The notes under the pieces were generated by a model. That model did no database searches, had not been told where the DNA came from, and saw only the letters and a list, made by a program, of their open reading frames with translations. The translations under genes were made by a program, and so were the position numbers. Source: an uncultured Myxococcales bacterium (GTDB taxonomy: Bacteria > Myxococcota_A > Bradymonadia > UBA4248). Taken from it: a stretch of 63,928 nucleotides of DNA. Of the stretch, positions 55,875-63,928 are shown piece after piece (position 1 is the first letter of the stretch; every line of letters begins with the position of its first letter). The DNA lies in the NCBI GenBank assembly GCA_945875805.1, contig CAMCLY010000002.1, positions 1 through 63,928 on the forward strand, read 5' to 3'.

Positions 55875-57977
55875 TCAGTGGGTTTGTACGCTGTAGACGA
55901 AGCTGGTTTTGGGGAGTCTGAGCATGCGTTCCCGGATGAGGCTGAATGGAATGGCGGAGCCCTGGACGTGTTCTTTTTGGAGTGCGTTGAGCGCGGCAGC
56001 GTCGCCTTTTGCTTTGATCTGTGCGATTTGTGTCATGATGTGGTCGACGCATTTAGGCATTTTGTCCATGTGTATGACAAAGGCGCCCTTGTCGGTGCCG
56101 TTGCTTGCGGTGGCGTCAGGGTCGAAGGAGAGTGCGCCGTCTTTGAGCATCATGCCGATCTGGATGGCGGCGAGTTGTGAGTATGGCTGGATGCGTCCGG
56201 AGGCGTCTGTCATGCCTCTTGAGATGTGTCCGAAAGCCCAGTAGACGGAATCGGCGTAGCTTTTGTGGGCGAGTTCCTGGGTAATGACGCCTTTTTCGAC
56301 GAGGAATGGGAGGTACCAGAGTGCGGCGGTTTGCGCTTTAAATTCCTCGGCGAGAGAAGCCATGCTACCGCCGAAGATGGCGTCGTCGACTTTTCCGTTG
56401 ACTTTGTATTCGTGTGCGGGTCCGAGGTTGTGAGCGGCTTCATGCAGGATGGTACTGAGGAGTCCTGGTCCGGATGCGTCTTTGAGGAGCTCCATATCGG
56501 CGTCGGTGAAGAGGGAGGAAGCGAGGGTCTGTCGGTCGCGCAGGCTGTCTGGGTCGGTGTAGAGGTTGCTCATGGCGACGGTGCGTCCGCGTCCTTCGTT
56601 GGCGACGGGACCCCAGTTTGGGAGGGACTGTCCGATGGTGGCGCCGAAGGCGTCGCGGTCGTCGCCGCTATTGGTGACGATGTCGATGAAGTCGGGGAGA
56701 TGGAAACTGACGGTTCTGGCTGTGTAGGGTTTTCCGGCAATTTTGGCGAGATTTTGTTCCATTTCCTGCTGCAACGGGGTGAGTTTTTCCTGCCATGAGA
56801 GGGCGTCCGGATTGATGCGTGCGAAGGTCATGTGGAATCCGGCTTTTCTTGAGCAAGGGTCCCAGTAGACTTCGTCCGGGGCGACGCGGACGTACCATTT
56901 GGAGTTGGTGGAGTTCATGGAGGCCCATGCCTCGTCGGCGGGGTTCCAGTCGTTGGTGAGGAAGGCTTCGGCGGCGACGTTGAGGTAGTTCATCAGGGCG
57001 ACTTCGTCTTCGTTTCCGATGAGGGTTTTGGCGGCATTTTTGAGGAGGTTGCTGATGGTGCGCATTTCATCGCCGAAGGCGCGGTTGTAGGGCACGGCCT
57101 TGAGGGCGCCGCCTTCCTCGACGACGACGGTGAATGGGGTGAGGAGCGTTTCGGCGTCGGGGCGTGCACTGATCTTGTCGCAAAAATCTTTGGAGCGCTG
57201 GAGTGAAGCGGGGTAAATGCCGACCGGGGTGAAGGCATCTCCGGCGAGTGCGCGGCATTCGGGGTCGTTTTTCATTTTTGGGCTTTGTGGCATGACGCCC
57301 CAGTTTCTGCGCGCCATGCTTTGGGAGATGATGTCGTCGGCGGGGATGCGCGCCATGATTTTGTCGAGTCCGACTTGTCTTGCGTAGAGGGTGTCGATGG
57401 CTTCTCCGACCTGAAGCATGGCGCGTACGAAATCGCGTTCGTTTTCGTCAGAAAAGTCGGAGGCGACGAGGGTGATGGCGGCCTGATCGAGTTCCTGTGC
57501 AACTTTTTCGCGTCGGGTGCGTTCGGCCGGGTCCTCGATGGGGGTGCCCAGGGTTGGGTCTTTCATGACATCGACCATGAGGGCGTAGGCGTCTCTGAAT
57601 GCCTTGGTGAAGTTTCCGTCGGCGTCTTTCCAGACGAACGAAGCGGACGTGGGGTAGAAGTTGAGGGTTCTCAGGACTTCGGGGCGCACGGTTTTGCTGG
57701 GGGTGTCTTCATAGGTCCAGAAGATGGGGAGATTGAGTCTTTGTGCGGCGTGGTTGAAGTCGTCCCGGGAGAGCTGTGAGAGGGTTTCGTCGACGGCGGG
57801 TGCCTCAGGAGCGGCCTCAGGAGCGGCCTCAGGAGCGGCCGGTGCGGGCGCCTCCGGTGCGGCGGCGGCCGGTGTGGGCTGGGGTTGTGTGTTCACGGGT
57901 TCTTCCTTTTTGCAGGCCGGGGCGCATGTCATGAGGACGAGCGCGAGGACAGAGGCGAGTTTTTGGGTGTGAGTCAT
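55875..57977 (-). CDS. Zinc metallopeptidase lipoprotein, M49 (DPP III)-like with a pentapeptide HEAAH motif
   Basis: Lipobox LVLMTCAPAC with an Ala/Pro/Glu linker. HEAAHNLGP is followed about 29 residues later by EEFKAQ, resembling the HExxH/EExxAx pair of atypical DPP III enzymes. AAGGAG RBS. The ORF-track start at 58502 is rejected. Confidence 0.7.
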   Translation of the reverse strand: MTHTQKLASVLALVLMTCAPACKKEEPVNTQPQPTPAAAAPEAPAPAAPEAAPEAAPEAPAVDETLSQLSRDDFNHAAQRLNLPIFWTYEDTPSKTVRPEVLRTLNFYPTSASFVWKDADGNFTKAFRDAYALMVDVMKDPTLGTPIEDPAERTRREKVAQELDQAAITLVASDFSDENERDFVRAMLQVGEAIDTLYARQVGLDKIMARIPADDIISQSMARRNWGVMPQSPKMKNDPECRALAGDAFTPVGIYPASLQRSKDFCDKISARPDAETLLTPFTVVVEEGGALKAVPYNRAFGDEMRTISNLLKNAAKTLIGNEDEVALMNYLNVAAEAFLTNDWNPADEAWASMNSTNSKWYVRVAPDEVYWDPCSRKAGFHMTFARINPDALSWQEKLTPLQQEMEQNLAKIAGKPYTARTVSFHLPDFIDIVTNSGDDRDAFGATIGQSLPNWGPVANEGRGRTVAMSNLYTDPDSLRDRQTLASSLFTDADMELLKDASGPGLLSTILHEAAHNLGPAHEYKVNGKVDDAIFGGSMASLAEEFKAQTAALWYLPFLVEKGVITQELAHKSYADSVYWAFGHISRGMTDASGRIQPYSQLAAIQIGMMLKDGALSFDPDATASNGTDKGAFVIHMDKMPKCVDHIMTQIAQIKAKGDAAALNALQKEHVQGSAIPFSLIRERMLRLPKTSFVYSVQTH

Positions 57978-58036
57978 GGAAATCTCCTTGTGAGAAGGGG
58001 GATAGGGTGTGGGCACGTGAGGTGTTGGGCGTTTTT

Positions 58037-58600
58037 TTACCGTTTGGGCGGTTTCCAATGCGGATCGTTGGGGGAAATGAGGGTTCCGATGGGGGGAGGA
58101 GGGGGGAGTTTTCGGATCATCTGGACGACGAAACGCCCCGAACCGGCGGCATAGAAGACGCGGTATTTCCGGAAACCGAGTTTGGTAAAACATCGCTGTG
58201 CGCGTGTGTTGTTGGCATAGGTTTCGAGGACGATGAGTGCGAAGCCCTCGCGGGCCAGGAAGTCGAGAAAGAGCCTCAGGGCTTCGCTGCCGTATCCGTG
58301 GCTCCAGTGTTGTGGGCTGGCGATGACGATGCCCAGGGTGCACTGACATGTTTTTTTGACGAAGTCGCGGGCGGTAATCGTCCCGATGGGCTCTCCGTCC
58401 AGAACGATGATGCGTTCGATGATCTCGCCCATGCCCTGAGCCAGGAGCCTTCCGCCCGCGTATTCTTCGAGGGGGATGGTGTGGGGTGCATCGTCGGCCC
58501 AATAGACGACGCCCGGTTCAAAACGTTGCGCATAGAAGTGCGCGTAGTCGTCGAATTCGGGCGTTTTGAGGGTGATTTTTCTTTGGGGTGCTTTGGTCAC
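58037..58600 (-). CDS. GNAT-family N-acetyltransferase
   Basis: IVIASPQHWSHGYGSEALRLFLDFLAREGFALIVLETYANNTRAQRCFTKLGF is a GNAT motif A/B region. The preferred start is the GTG at 58600, one nt after the metG stop; the ATG at 58651 would overlap metG. Confidence 0.78.
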   Translation of the reverse strand: MTKAPQRKITLKTPEFDDYAHFYAQRFEPGVVYWADDAPHTIPLEEYAGGRLLAQGMGEIIERIIVLDGEPIGTITARDFVKKTCQCTLGIVIASPQHWSHGYGSEALRLFLDFLAREGFALIVLETYANNTRAQRCFTKLGFRKYRVFYAAGSGRFVVQMIRKLPPPPPIGTLISPNDPHWKPPKR

Positions 58601-58601
58601 G

Positions 58602-60677
58602 TTATCGAACCGTGGCGCCAGGCGCGCGCAGAAGGGTGCCTGGAAGTTCAAGTCCCGCGTCGTCGCTGGCCGCGAGAATCATACCGCGCGATTCGAGGCC
58701 GAAGAGCTGACGCGGCTTAAGGTTGGTGAGGACGAGCACGTTCCGGTTGATCAGGGCTTCGGGTTCGTAGTGTTTGGCAATGCCCGCGACGATTTGCACC
58801 GGGCCGTCTGGATGTCCGATTTCGACTTGACAGCAGACGAGTTTGTTGGACTTTTTGACTTTTTCGCACGCGAGGATTTTTCCGACGCGGATGTCGAGTT
58901 TTTCAAAATCTTCGTAATCGATGGCGTCTTTGAGTGGGGCACGGACGATTTCCGGGGCTGTGTTCAGTGGCGTTTTTTCGTCACCGGGAAGCACGGTGGT
59001 TTGCGCCGTTTCTTGAGCGTTTTCCTGGACGGACTCGGCGGGCATGGTGAGGGCGTCGAACGTTTCGCGTTCCGGTCGAATGTACGTTTTTTCGACGTTT
59101 TGGACGGAATTATGGTCGTTCAGGTGCGCGTCGAGATCGGCGAGGTTCTGGTCATGGAGTCCGAGCTGGGCAAAGATCTTGGCGGAAAAATCGGGGACGA
59201 CGGGTTTGATGGCGATGGCGATCATGCGCACGACATCGGCGCATGCGGTGACGATGGCGCGTGCTGCATCCTGGCGTCCTTCTTTGAGATGCGTCCAGGG
59301 GGCCTGTTCCTGATAGAAGAGGTTGGCGGCGTTTCCGATTTCGCAGATCACCTTGATGGCGGTTGCCGTGTCGAGGGATTCGTAGGCCGGGATGATCTCG
59401 TTTTGAATGCGCTTTTTTGTCTCGTCGAGGAGTGTCCTGCAGGCTTCGTCGTAGTGCGAGGAAGCGAGTCGGCCGTCGAGTTTGGTCGCCGCAAAACTGA
59501 ACGATCGGTTGTGAAGATTGGCCAGGTTGTCGATGAGTCCGGAGCGGACGCGGTAGTAAAAATCCTCAATATTGAGGTCGATATCCTCGACGCCCGTGGA
59601 GAGTTTGGCGGCAAAGTAAAAGCGCAGGTATGCGGCGGGAAGGACTTCGAGGTATTTGGAAGCCAGAATGAACGTCCCTCGGGACTTGCTCATCTTCTTG
59701 CCGTTGACGGTGAGGAATCCGTGGGCGTGGATGCGGTGCGGCATTTCGTAGCCCGCGACCTTGAGCATGGCCGGCCAGAAAAGGGTGTGGAAATAAATGA
59801 TGTCCTTGCCGATGAAGTGCCAGATCTCGGTATCTTTGCTGCGCCAGTACGTGTCGAGGCTGGCGCCGTGCTGTTTGCACCACGAAAGCGTCGTGGCGAT
59901 GTAGCCCACGGGGGCGTCGAGCCATACGTAGAAAAATTTGTCGGGATAGCCCGGGATTTCGAATCCAAAGTAGGGCTTGTCGCGCGAGATGTTCCAGTCC
60001 TGGAGGCCTTCGTTGATCCATGTCATGACGAAGTTTCGGACTTCGTCGGACAGGGCGTCCGATTTGGCAAATTCGCGGAGTTCGTCGACGAGATTGCTCA
60101 GCGAGATGAAGAGATGGCGGGATTCGCGGACGACAGGCGTTGAACCGTCGAGGACGCAGTGCGGATCGACGAGTTCCATGGCGTCATAGCGGCTCTTGCA
60201 GACCTCGCACACGTCGCCATACTGGTCGGGTGCCCCGCACTTCGGGCATCCTCCCTTGACATATCTGTCCGGCAAAAACCTTCCCAAGGACTCGCTGTAC
60301 AGCTGTTTGACGACTTCCTCGCGGATGTGTCCGGCAGCCTGAAGTTTTGCAAAAATATCATAGGCGAGGGTTTTGTTTTCTTCGCTATGGGTGGTGTAGT
60401 AGTTGGCAAAATCGATGTCGAAGCCTTTAAAATCGGCGGTATGACTTGCCCATGCTTCCTTGATGAGGGCTTCGGGGGTGATGCCGCGTTTGGTGGCGTT
60501 GATCTCGATGGGGGTGCCGTGGGTGTCGTCGGCGCACATGTAGAGGGCTTCGTGTCCCATCATGCGCATGGCTCGCGCAAACACGTCGGTCTGTATCGCT
60601 TCGACCATGTGGCCCAGATGGATGGCTCCGTTGGCATAGGGTAGCCCACTCGTAATCAGCAAACGCCTCTTTGTCAT
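58602..60677 (-). CDS. metG: Methionine--tRNA ligase with a C-terminal tRNA-binding (EMAP/Trbp111-like) domain
   Basis: LITSGLPYANGAIHLGH (HIGH), KMSKSRGT (KMSKS), Zn knuckles CPKCGA...CEVC and a C-terminal VGKILACEKVKKSNKLVCCQVEIG. Confidence 0.97.
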   Translation of the reverse strand: MTKRRLLITSGLPYANGAIHLGHMVEAIQTDVFARAMRMMGHEALYMCADDTHGTPIEINATKRGITPEALIKEAWASHTADFKGFDIDFANYYTTHSEENKTLAYDIFAKLQAAGHIREEVVKQLYSESLGRFLPDRYVKGGCPKCGAPDQYGDVCEVCKSRYDAMELVDPHCVLDGSTPVVRESRHLFISLSNLVDELREFAKSDALSDEVRNFVMTWINEGLQDWNISRDKPYFGFEIPGYPDKFFYVWLDAPVGYIATTLSWCKQHGASLDTYWRSKDTEIWHFIGKDIIYFHTLFWPAMLKVAGYEMPHRIHAHGFLTVNGKKMSKSRGTFILASKYLEVLPAAYLRFYFAAKLSTGVEDIDLNIEDFYYRVRSGLIDNLANLHNRSFSFAATKLDGRLASSHYDEACRTLLDETKKRIQNEIIPAYESLDTATAIKVICEIGNAANLFYQEQAPWTHLKEGRQDAARAIVTACADVVRMIAIAIKPVVPDFSAKIFAQLGLHDQNLADLDAHLNDHNSVQNVEKTYIRPERETFDALTMPAESVQENAQETAQTTVLPGDEKTPLNTAPEIVRAPLKDAIDYEDFEKLDIRVGKILACEKVKKSNKLVCCQVEIGHPDGPVQIVAGIAKHYEPEALINRNVLVLTNLKPRQLFGLESRGMILAASDDAGLELPGTLLRAPGATVR

Positions 60678-60778
60678 TCTTCAAATCTCCTGTGAAGATC
60701 CGCCAAAAAACAGCGCAAAACCGCGCCGACGGCGGTCTATACCACGATGTAGGTGTGTGGCGGTATGATTAATTTTTG

Positions 60779-61753
60779 TCAGGATTGGACGTGTGATAGG
60801 ACAAAATCGACGTTGGCGTAGGGGTGTGGGTCTCCCTGGATGCGCGCACAGAACGCGTCGTCGATGCCTTCAAAGATGCCCGATGCGACGAAGCGCGCGG
60901 ATCGCGCGTCGCGCAGGGCGATGTGTCTTCCGACAAACGCCAGGTCGCGACGGTAATCGCTGAGAAGGGCGATGGGATCCTGCACGACCTGGGCGACGCG
61001 CAGGGCCAGACGTGAGACTGCGGTCATCAGGACGGCACCGACGCGCACGCGTTCGGGATCGCAGAGCGCAGGCGCCACAGACGCAGGCAACAGGAGGTTG
61101 GTGTCGTCGGGATCAGGGGCTTTGACGAGGTTGATGCCGATCCCGTAACACACGCCCGTGGCGGTGAGCGCCGTGAGGATTCCGCCCAGTTTGCGCGGCG
61201 GGGTTTCGGTCACAAGGTCGTTGGGCCATTTGATGCGCGTGCCCGGCGGCAGGCTTTCGGCCAGGGCCACACACGGGGCCGCCTGATACCACGGCAGGCA
61301 CGCGCCAGGATCGGGGTCGCGCACGCCGCCGCAGGCGGCAGAGGGGGTAGACGCGTATGGCGTAGCCATAGCGGCGTAGGGGGAGGCTTCCCCCACCCGC
61401 GCCAAACCCTTCTGAAATGGAAAAAAACACGTCAGATAGAAATTCCCAGGGTATGTGTGCCACGTGCGACCGTATTTTCCATGAAATCCGCGCCCGTCTA
61501 TGGCAATAGCAACGACAGGGTGATCGAATGAACAATGTAACATTCGGTCGTATTGCGATGTTTGTGAATATGCTTCGATGATAATATCAGCCGGGAACGC
61601 GGGCATGTCGGCATCATAAAGGAGGCCGGGGCCGGCGTCGTCCTGAAACTCGAAACCCGGGAACACGTCCGGGGACGCGGCGTCGAGCGAGTTCAGCGGA
61701 ATATCACCAAAAAGTTGAAACGCGAGGTCAGGGGAGGAGGTTTGTATTTTCAT
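60779..61753 (-). CDS. birA: Biotin--[acetyl-CoA-carboxylase] ligase (group I, no HTH) carrying an in-frame repeat-element insertion
   Basis: GRGFHGKYGRTWHTYPGNFYLT (GRGRxGRxW-type biotin loop) and IKWPNDLV. The segment between them includes the repeat-derived ARVGEASPYAAMATPYASTPSAA. Confidence 0.82.
   Translation of the reverse strand: MKIQTSSPDLAFQLFGDIPLNSLDAASPDVFPGFEFQDDAGPGLLYDADMPAFPADIIIEAYSQTSQYDRMLHCSFDHPVVAIAIDGRGFHGKYGRTWHTYPGNFYLTCFFPFQKGLARVGEASPYAAMATPYASTPSAACGGVRDPDPGACLPWYQAAPCVALAESLPPGTRIKWPNDLVTETPPRKLGGILTALTATGVCYGIGINLVKAPDPDDTNLLLPASVAPALCDPERVRVGAVLMTAVSRLALRVAQVVQDPIALLSDYRRDLAFVGRHIALRDARSARFVASGIFEGIDDAFCARIQGDPHPYANVDFVLSHVQS
61343..61397. repeat. GTAG-hairpin family copy located inside the birA-like ORF
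   Basis: gggggtagacgcgtatggcgtagccatagcggcgtagggggaggcttcccccaccc has the same ends as 1669-1837 and 16892-16962. Confidence 0.85.
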
Positions 61754-61861
61754 GGTGGGGGCTTGTCAGAAAAAAAATGTGATTACGCTTGCACGCCGGT
61801 GATTTGGCGGAAATCCCGTCGAAGTGTCAATTATAGTCAATTATAAATGTGAGAGGGAATC

Positions 61862-63862
61862 ATGGCTCAGGAACGCTTTGAATTTCGTTCGGAAACTAAG
61901 GAATTGCTTCAACTGATGGCGAAATCGCTCTACTCGAGCAAGGACGTCTTTTTGCGCGAACTCGTGTCGAACGCTTCGGATGCGCTCGATCGTCGCCGTT
62001 TTGAGGCGGTGACCGACCCGTCCAAACTGAGCGCGGATGAGACGCTCGAAATCCGGATTCATGCGGACAAGGACGCCAAAACGCTCACGATTGAGGACAA
62101 CGGCGACGGGATGACTCGCGACGACATGATCGCCAACCTGGGGACGATTGCGCATTCTGGGACCAAGGCGTTTGTCGAAAAACTCAAGTCTGCCGAAAAC
62201 GCCGATCAGGCTAACTCGCTCATCGGGCAGTTCGGCGTTGGGTTCTATTCGGCCTTTATCGTGTCGGACGATGTCACCGTGACGAGCCGCCGCGTCGGGC
62301 AGGATAAAGCCTACACCTTCCGTTCCTCCGGCGATGGTTCCTACACGATCGAGGACGCCCAGAAAGATTCGTGCGGCACGACAATCGTCCTCAAACTGCG
62401 TCCCGAGGACCTCGAAGATCAGCTGTCCGATTTTACCGACGCCTACGTCATCAAAAACACGATTAAGAAATACAGCGATTTCGTCCAGTACCCGGTCATG
62501 GTCGAGTGCGAGACGCAGCACCACCGCGAGGGCGTCGAGGAAGCCGAGGGGCACGACGCGTCCACATGCCACGATCCCACCCACATGGTGACCGAAAAAG
62601 TGTGGGAACAGGCCAACTCCATGAAGGCGATATGGCTCAAAAAAGCCGACGAGGTCACGGACGAGGAATACAACGAGTTCTACAAAAACATCACGTTCGA
62701 CTGGTCGGATCCGATGTTCCGCCTCAATCTCAAGGCCGAAGGGACCGTCGAATATCGCGGCCTGGTCTTCATTCCGGCTCGCGCGCCCTATGACATGAAC
62801 TATCGCGACGCCAAATTCGGTCTGCGCCTCCATGCCCAGCACGTCCTCATCATGGAAAAATGCGCCGAACTCCTCCCCGATTACCTCCGCTTCGTCAAGG
62901 GGGTCATCGATTCCTCCGACCTCAGCCTCAACATCTCCCGCGAGATTCTCCAGAAAGACCGCAGCATCTCGACCATCCGCAAGCACATTGTCAAAAAAGT
63001 CCTCGATCTCCTCGACGACGCCGCCCAAAACGACAAGGACAAATACAACACCTTCTGGGAACAGTACTCGCGCTACATCAAAGAAGGCGCGGCCAGCGAT
63101 TACGACAACAAGGATCGCCTCCTCAAACTCATGCGTTTCGTGACGAGCACCACCGTCGCCGAGGACGAAAAATCTGAGTCCAAAAAATCGTCGACGACCT
63201 CCTTCGCCGATTACATCGCCCGCATGCCCTCCGATCAGGATGCCATCTATGCCATCGCCGGCGAGTCCCTCGAAGTCGTCCGAAACAGCCCGCACCTTGA
63301 GGCGTTCCAGCAGAAAGGATACGAAGTTCTCTACCTCACCGATCCCTACGACGAAATTCTGTTCTCACAGATCCCCGAAGTCCAAGGCAAAAAAATCACC
63401 TTCATCGGTCGCGGCGAGGTAGAACTCGGAAGCGAAGAGGAAAAGAAGGAAAAACGCGAAAAACTCGAGAGCCAGAAAAAGGATTTCGACGCCCTCCTGC
63501 AGAAGCTCCAGTCCTCCCTTTCCAACGACGTCGAATCCGTGCGCCTCTCCACTCGCCTTACCACCTCCCCGGCCTGCCTCGTGGGCCGCGACGGCGACGT
63601 CAGCCCCCACCTCCAGCGCCTCCTCTCCAAAATGGGCAACGGCAACGGCCTCCCCGAGTCCAAGCGCATCCTCGAAATCAACCCCAACCACCCCCTGCTC
63701 GAAAAACTCCAGTCGCGCTTTGCCGCCAACGCTGACGACGCCATCATCCCCAAATACGCCCAGCTTCTCTATGGTCAGTCCCTGCTCGCCGAAGGTTCCC
63801 CACTTCCCGATCCCGTCGAGTACACCAAACTCGTCACCGAACTCATGGTCGAAACGCTTTAG
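61862..63862 (+). CDS. htpG: Molecular chaperone HtpG (Hsp90 family)
   Basis: FRSETKELLQLMAKSLYSSKDVFLRELVSNASDALD, IGQFGVGFYSAF and SREILQ motifs. 666 aa. Confidence 0.97.
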   Translation: MAQERFEFRSETKELLQLMAKSLYSSKDVFLRELVSNASDALDRRRFEAVTDPSKLSADETLEIRIHADKDAKTLTIEDNGDGMTRDDMIANLGTIAHSGTKAFVEKLKSAENADQANSLIGQFGVGFYSAFIVSDDVTVTSRRVGQDKAYTFRSSGDGSYTIEDAQKDSCGTTIVLKLRPEDLEDQLSDFTDAYVIKNTIKKYSDFVQYPVMVECETQHHREGVEEAEGHDASTCHDPTHMVTEKVWEQANSMKAIWLKKADEVTDEEYNEFYKNITFDWSDPMFRLNLKAEGTVEYRGLVFIPARAPYDMNYRDAKFGLRLHAQHVLIMEKCAELLPDYLRFVKGVIDSSDLSLNISREILQKDRSISTIRKHIVKKVLDLLDDAAQNDKDKYNTFWEQYSRYIKEGAASDYDNKDRLLKLMRFVTSTTVAEDEKSESKKSSTTSFADYIARMPSDQDAIYAIAGESLEVVRNSPHLEAFQQKGYEVLYLTDPYDEILFSQIPEVQGKKITFIGRGEVELGSEEEKKEKREKLESQKKDFDALLQKLQSSLSNDVESVRLSTRLTTSPACLVGRDGDVSPHLQRLLSKMGNGNGLPESKRILEINPNHPLLEKLQSRFAANADDAIIPKYAQLLYGQSLLAEGSPLPDPVEYTKLVTELMVETL

Positions 63863-63867
63863 GGCTT

Positions 63868-63928
63868 TGCTTCTTCTGGGCGCGGGCTATCCGCCATCGG
63901 CGGATACGCCCCGCGCACGGCGGCTATG
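63868..63928. repeat. Hairpin repeat family copy (runs off the window edge)
   Basis: gggcgcgggctatccgcc-atcg-gcggatacgccccgcgc then ggcggctatg. Confidence 0.7.

Noticed and set aside
58601-58651. ATG start at 58651 for the GNAT gene (ORF-track start)
   Set aside because: It would overlap the last 50 nt of metG in another frame. A GTG at 58600, one nt after the metG stop, gives a normal-length GNAT with translational coupling. Both remain possible.
61826-61845. Tandem gtcaattata x2 just upstream of htpG as a heat-shock operator (CIRCE/HAIR-like)
   Set aside because: It does not resemble the CIRCE inverted repeat or a sigma32 promoter. It may simply contribute a TATAAAT-like -10 element, and there is too little evidence for a regulatory call.

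Overview
This is a 63.9-kb bacterial chromosomal window with moderately high GC and almost no unassigned coding space. Most of it is housekeeping. It contains the classic tRNA(Thr-Tyr-Tyr-Gly-Thr)-tuf-tRNA(Trp)-secE-nusG-rplK-rplA-rplJ-rplL block, which is not followed by rpoBC. It also carries dut, rsmI, a Hanks-type kinase, an ABC-F ATPase, clpB, pdxST, yhbY, tsaC, aspA, ileS, metG, a birA-like ligase and htpG. There is a partial type II secretion cluster (PDZ protein-gspC-gspD-gspE-gspF). Envelope and secreted proteins include a triple-DsbA lipoprotein, a Cys-rich/TSP3/VWA giant lipoprotein, two beta-barrel proteins and an M49-like peptidase lipoprotein. Several domain types point to a Myxococcota/Bradymonadia/Bdellovibrionota-like organism, but this is inference only. 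These are the AgmX/PglI-type C-terminal domain, TSP3 plus Cys-rich lipoproteins, a PEGA-tailed kinase and DUF507.

Five things stand out:
1. A low-GC islet (about 38.95-41.15 kb) carries a translationally coupled ABC-type ATPase and a small PD-(D/E)xK-like protein. This is my best candidate for an undescribed defence-type two-gene system.
2. A GTAG-containing hairpin repeat family (REP/MITE-like) occupies nearly every intergenic region. One copy sits in frame inside the biotin ligase gene.
3. Two leaderless LysM-SH3-like-amidase paralogs lie in tandem and share a conserved 5' leader.
4. An orphan contractile-sheath-like gene lies next to the giant lipoprotein.
5. A 19-20 bp tandem array and a 22-bp perfect palindrome lie between clpB and the ABC-F gene.

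I saw no rRNA, CRISPR array, transposase or integrase. All family assignments come from motif recognition by eye, and no database search was run.
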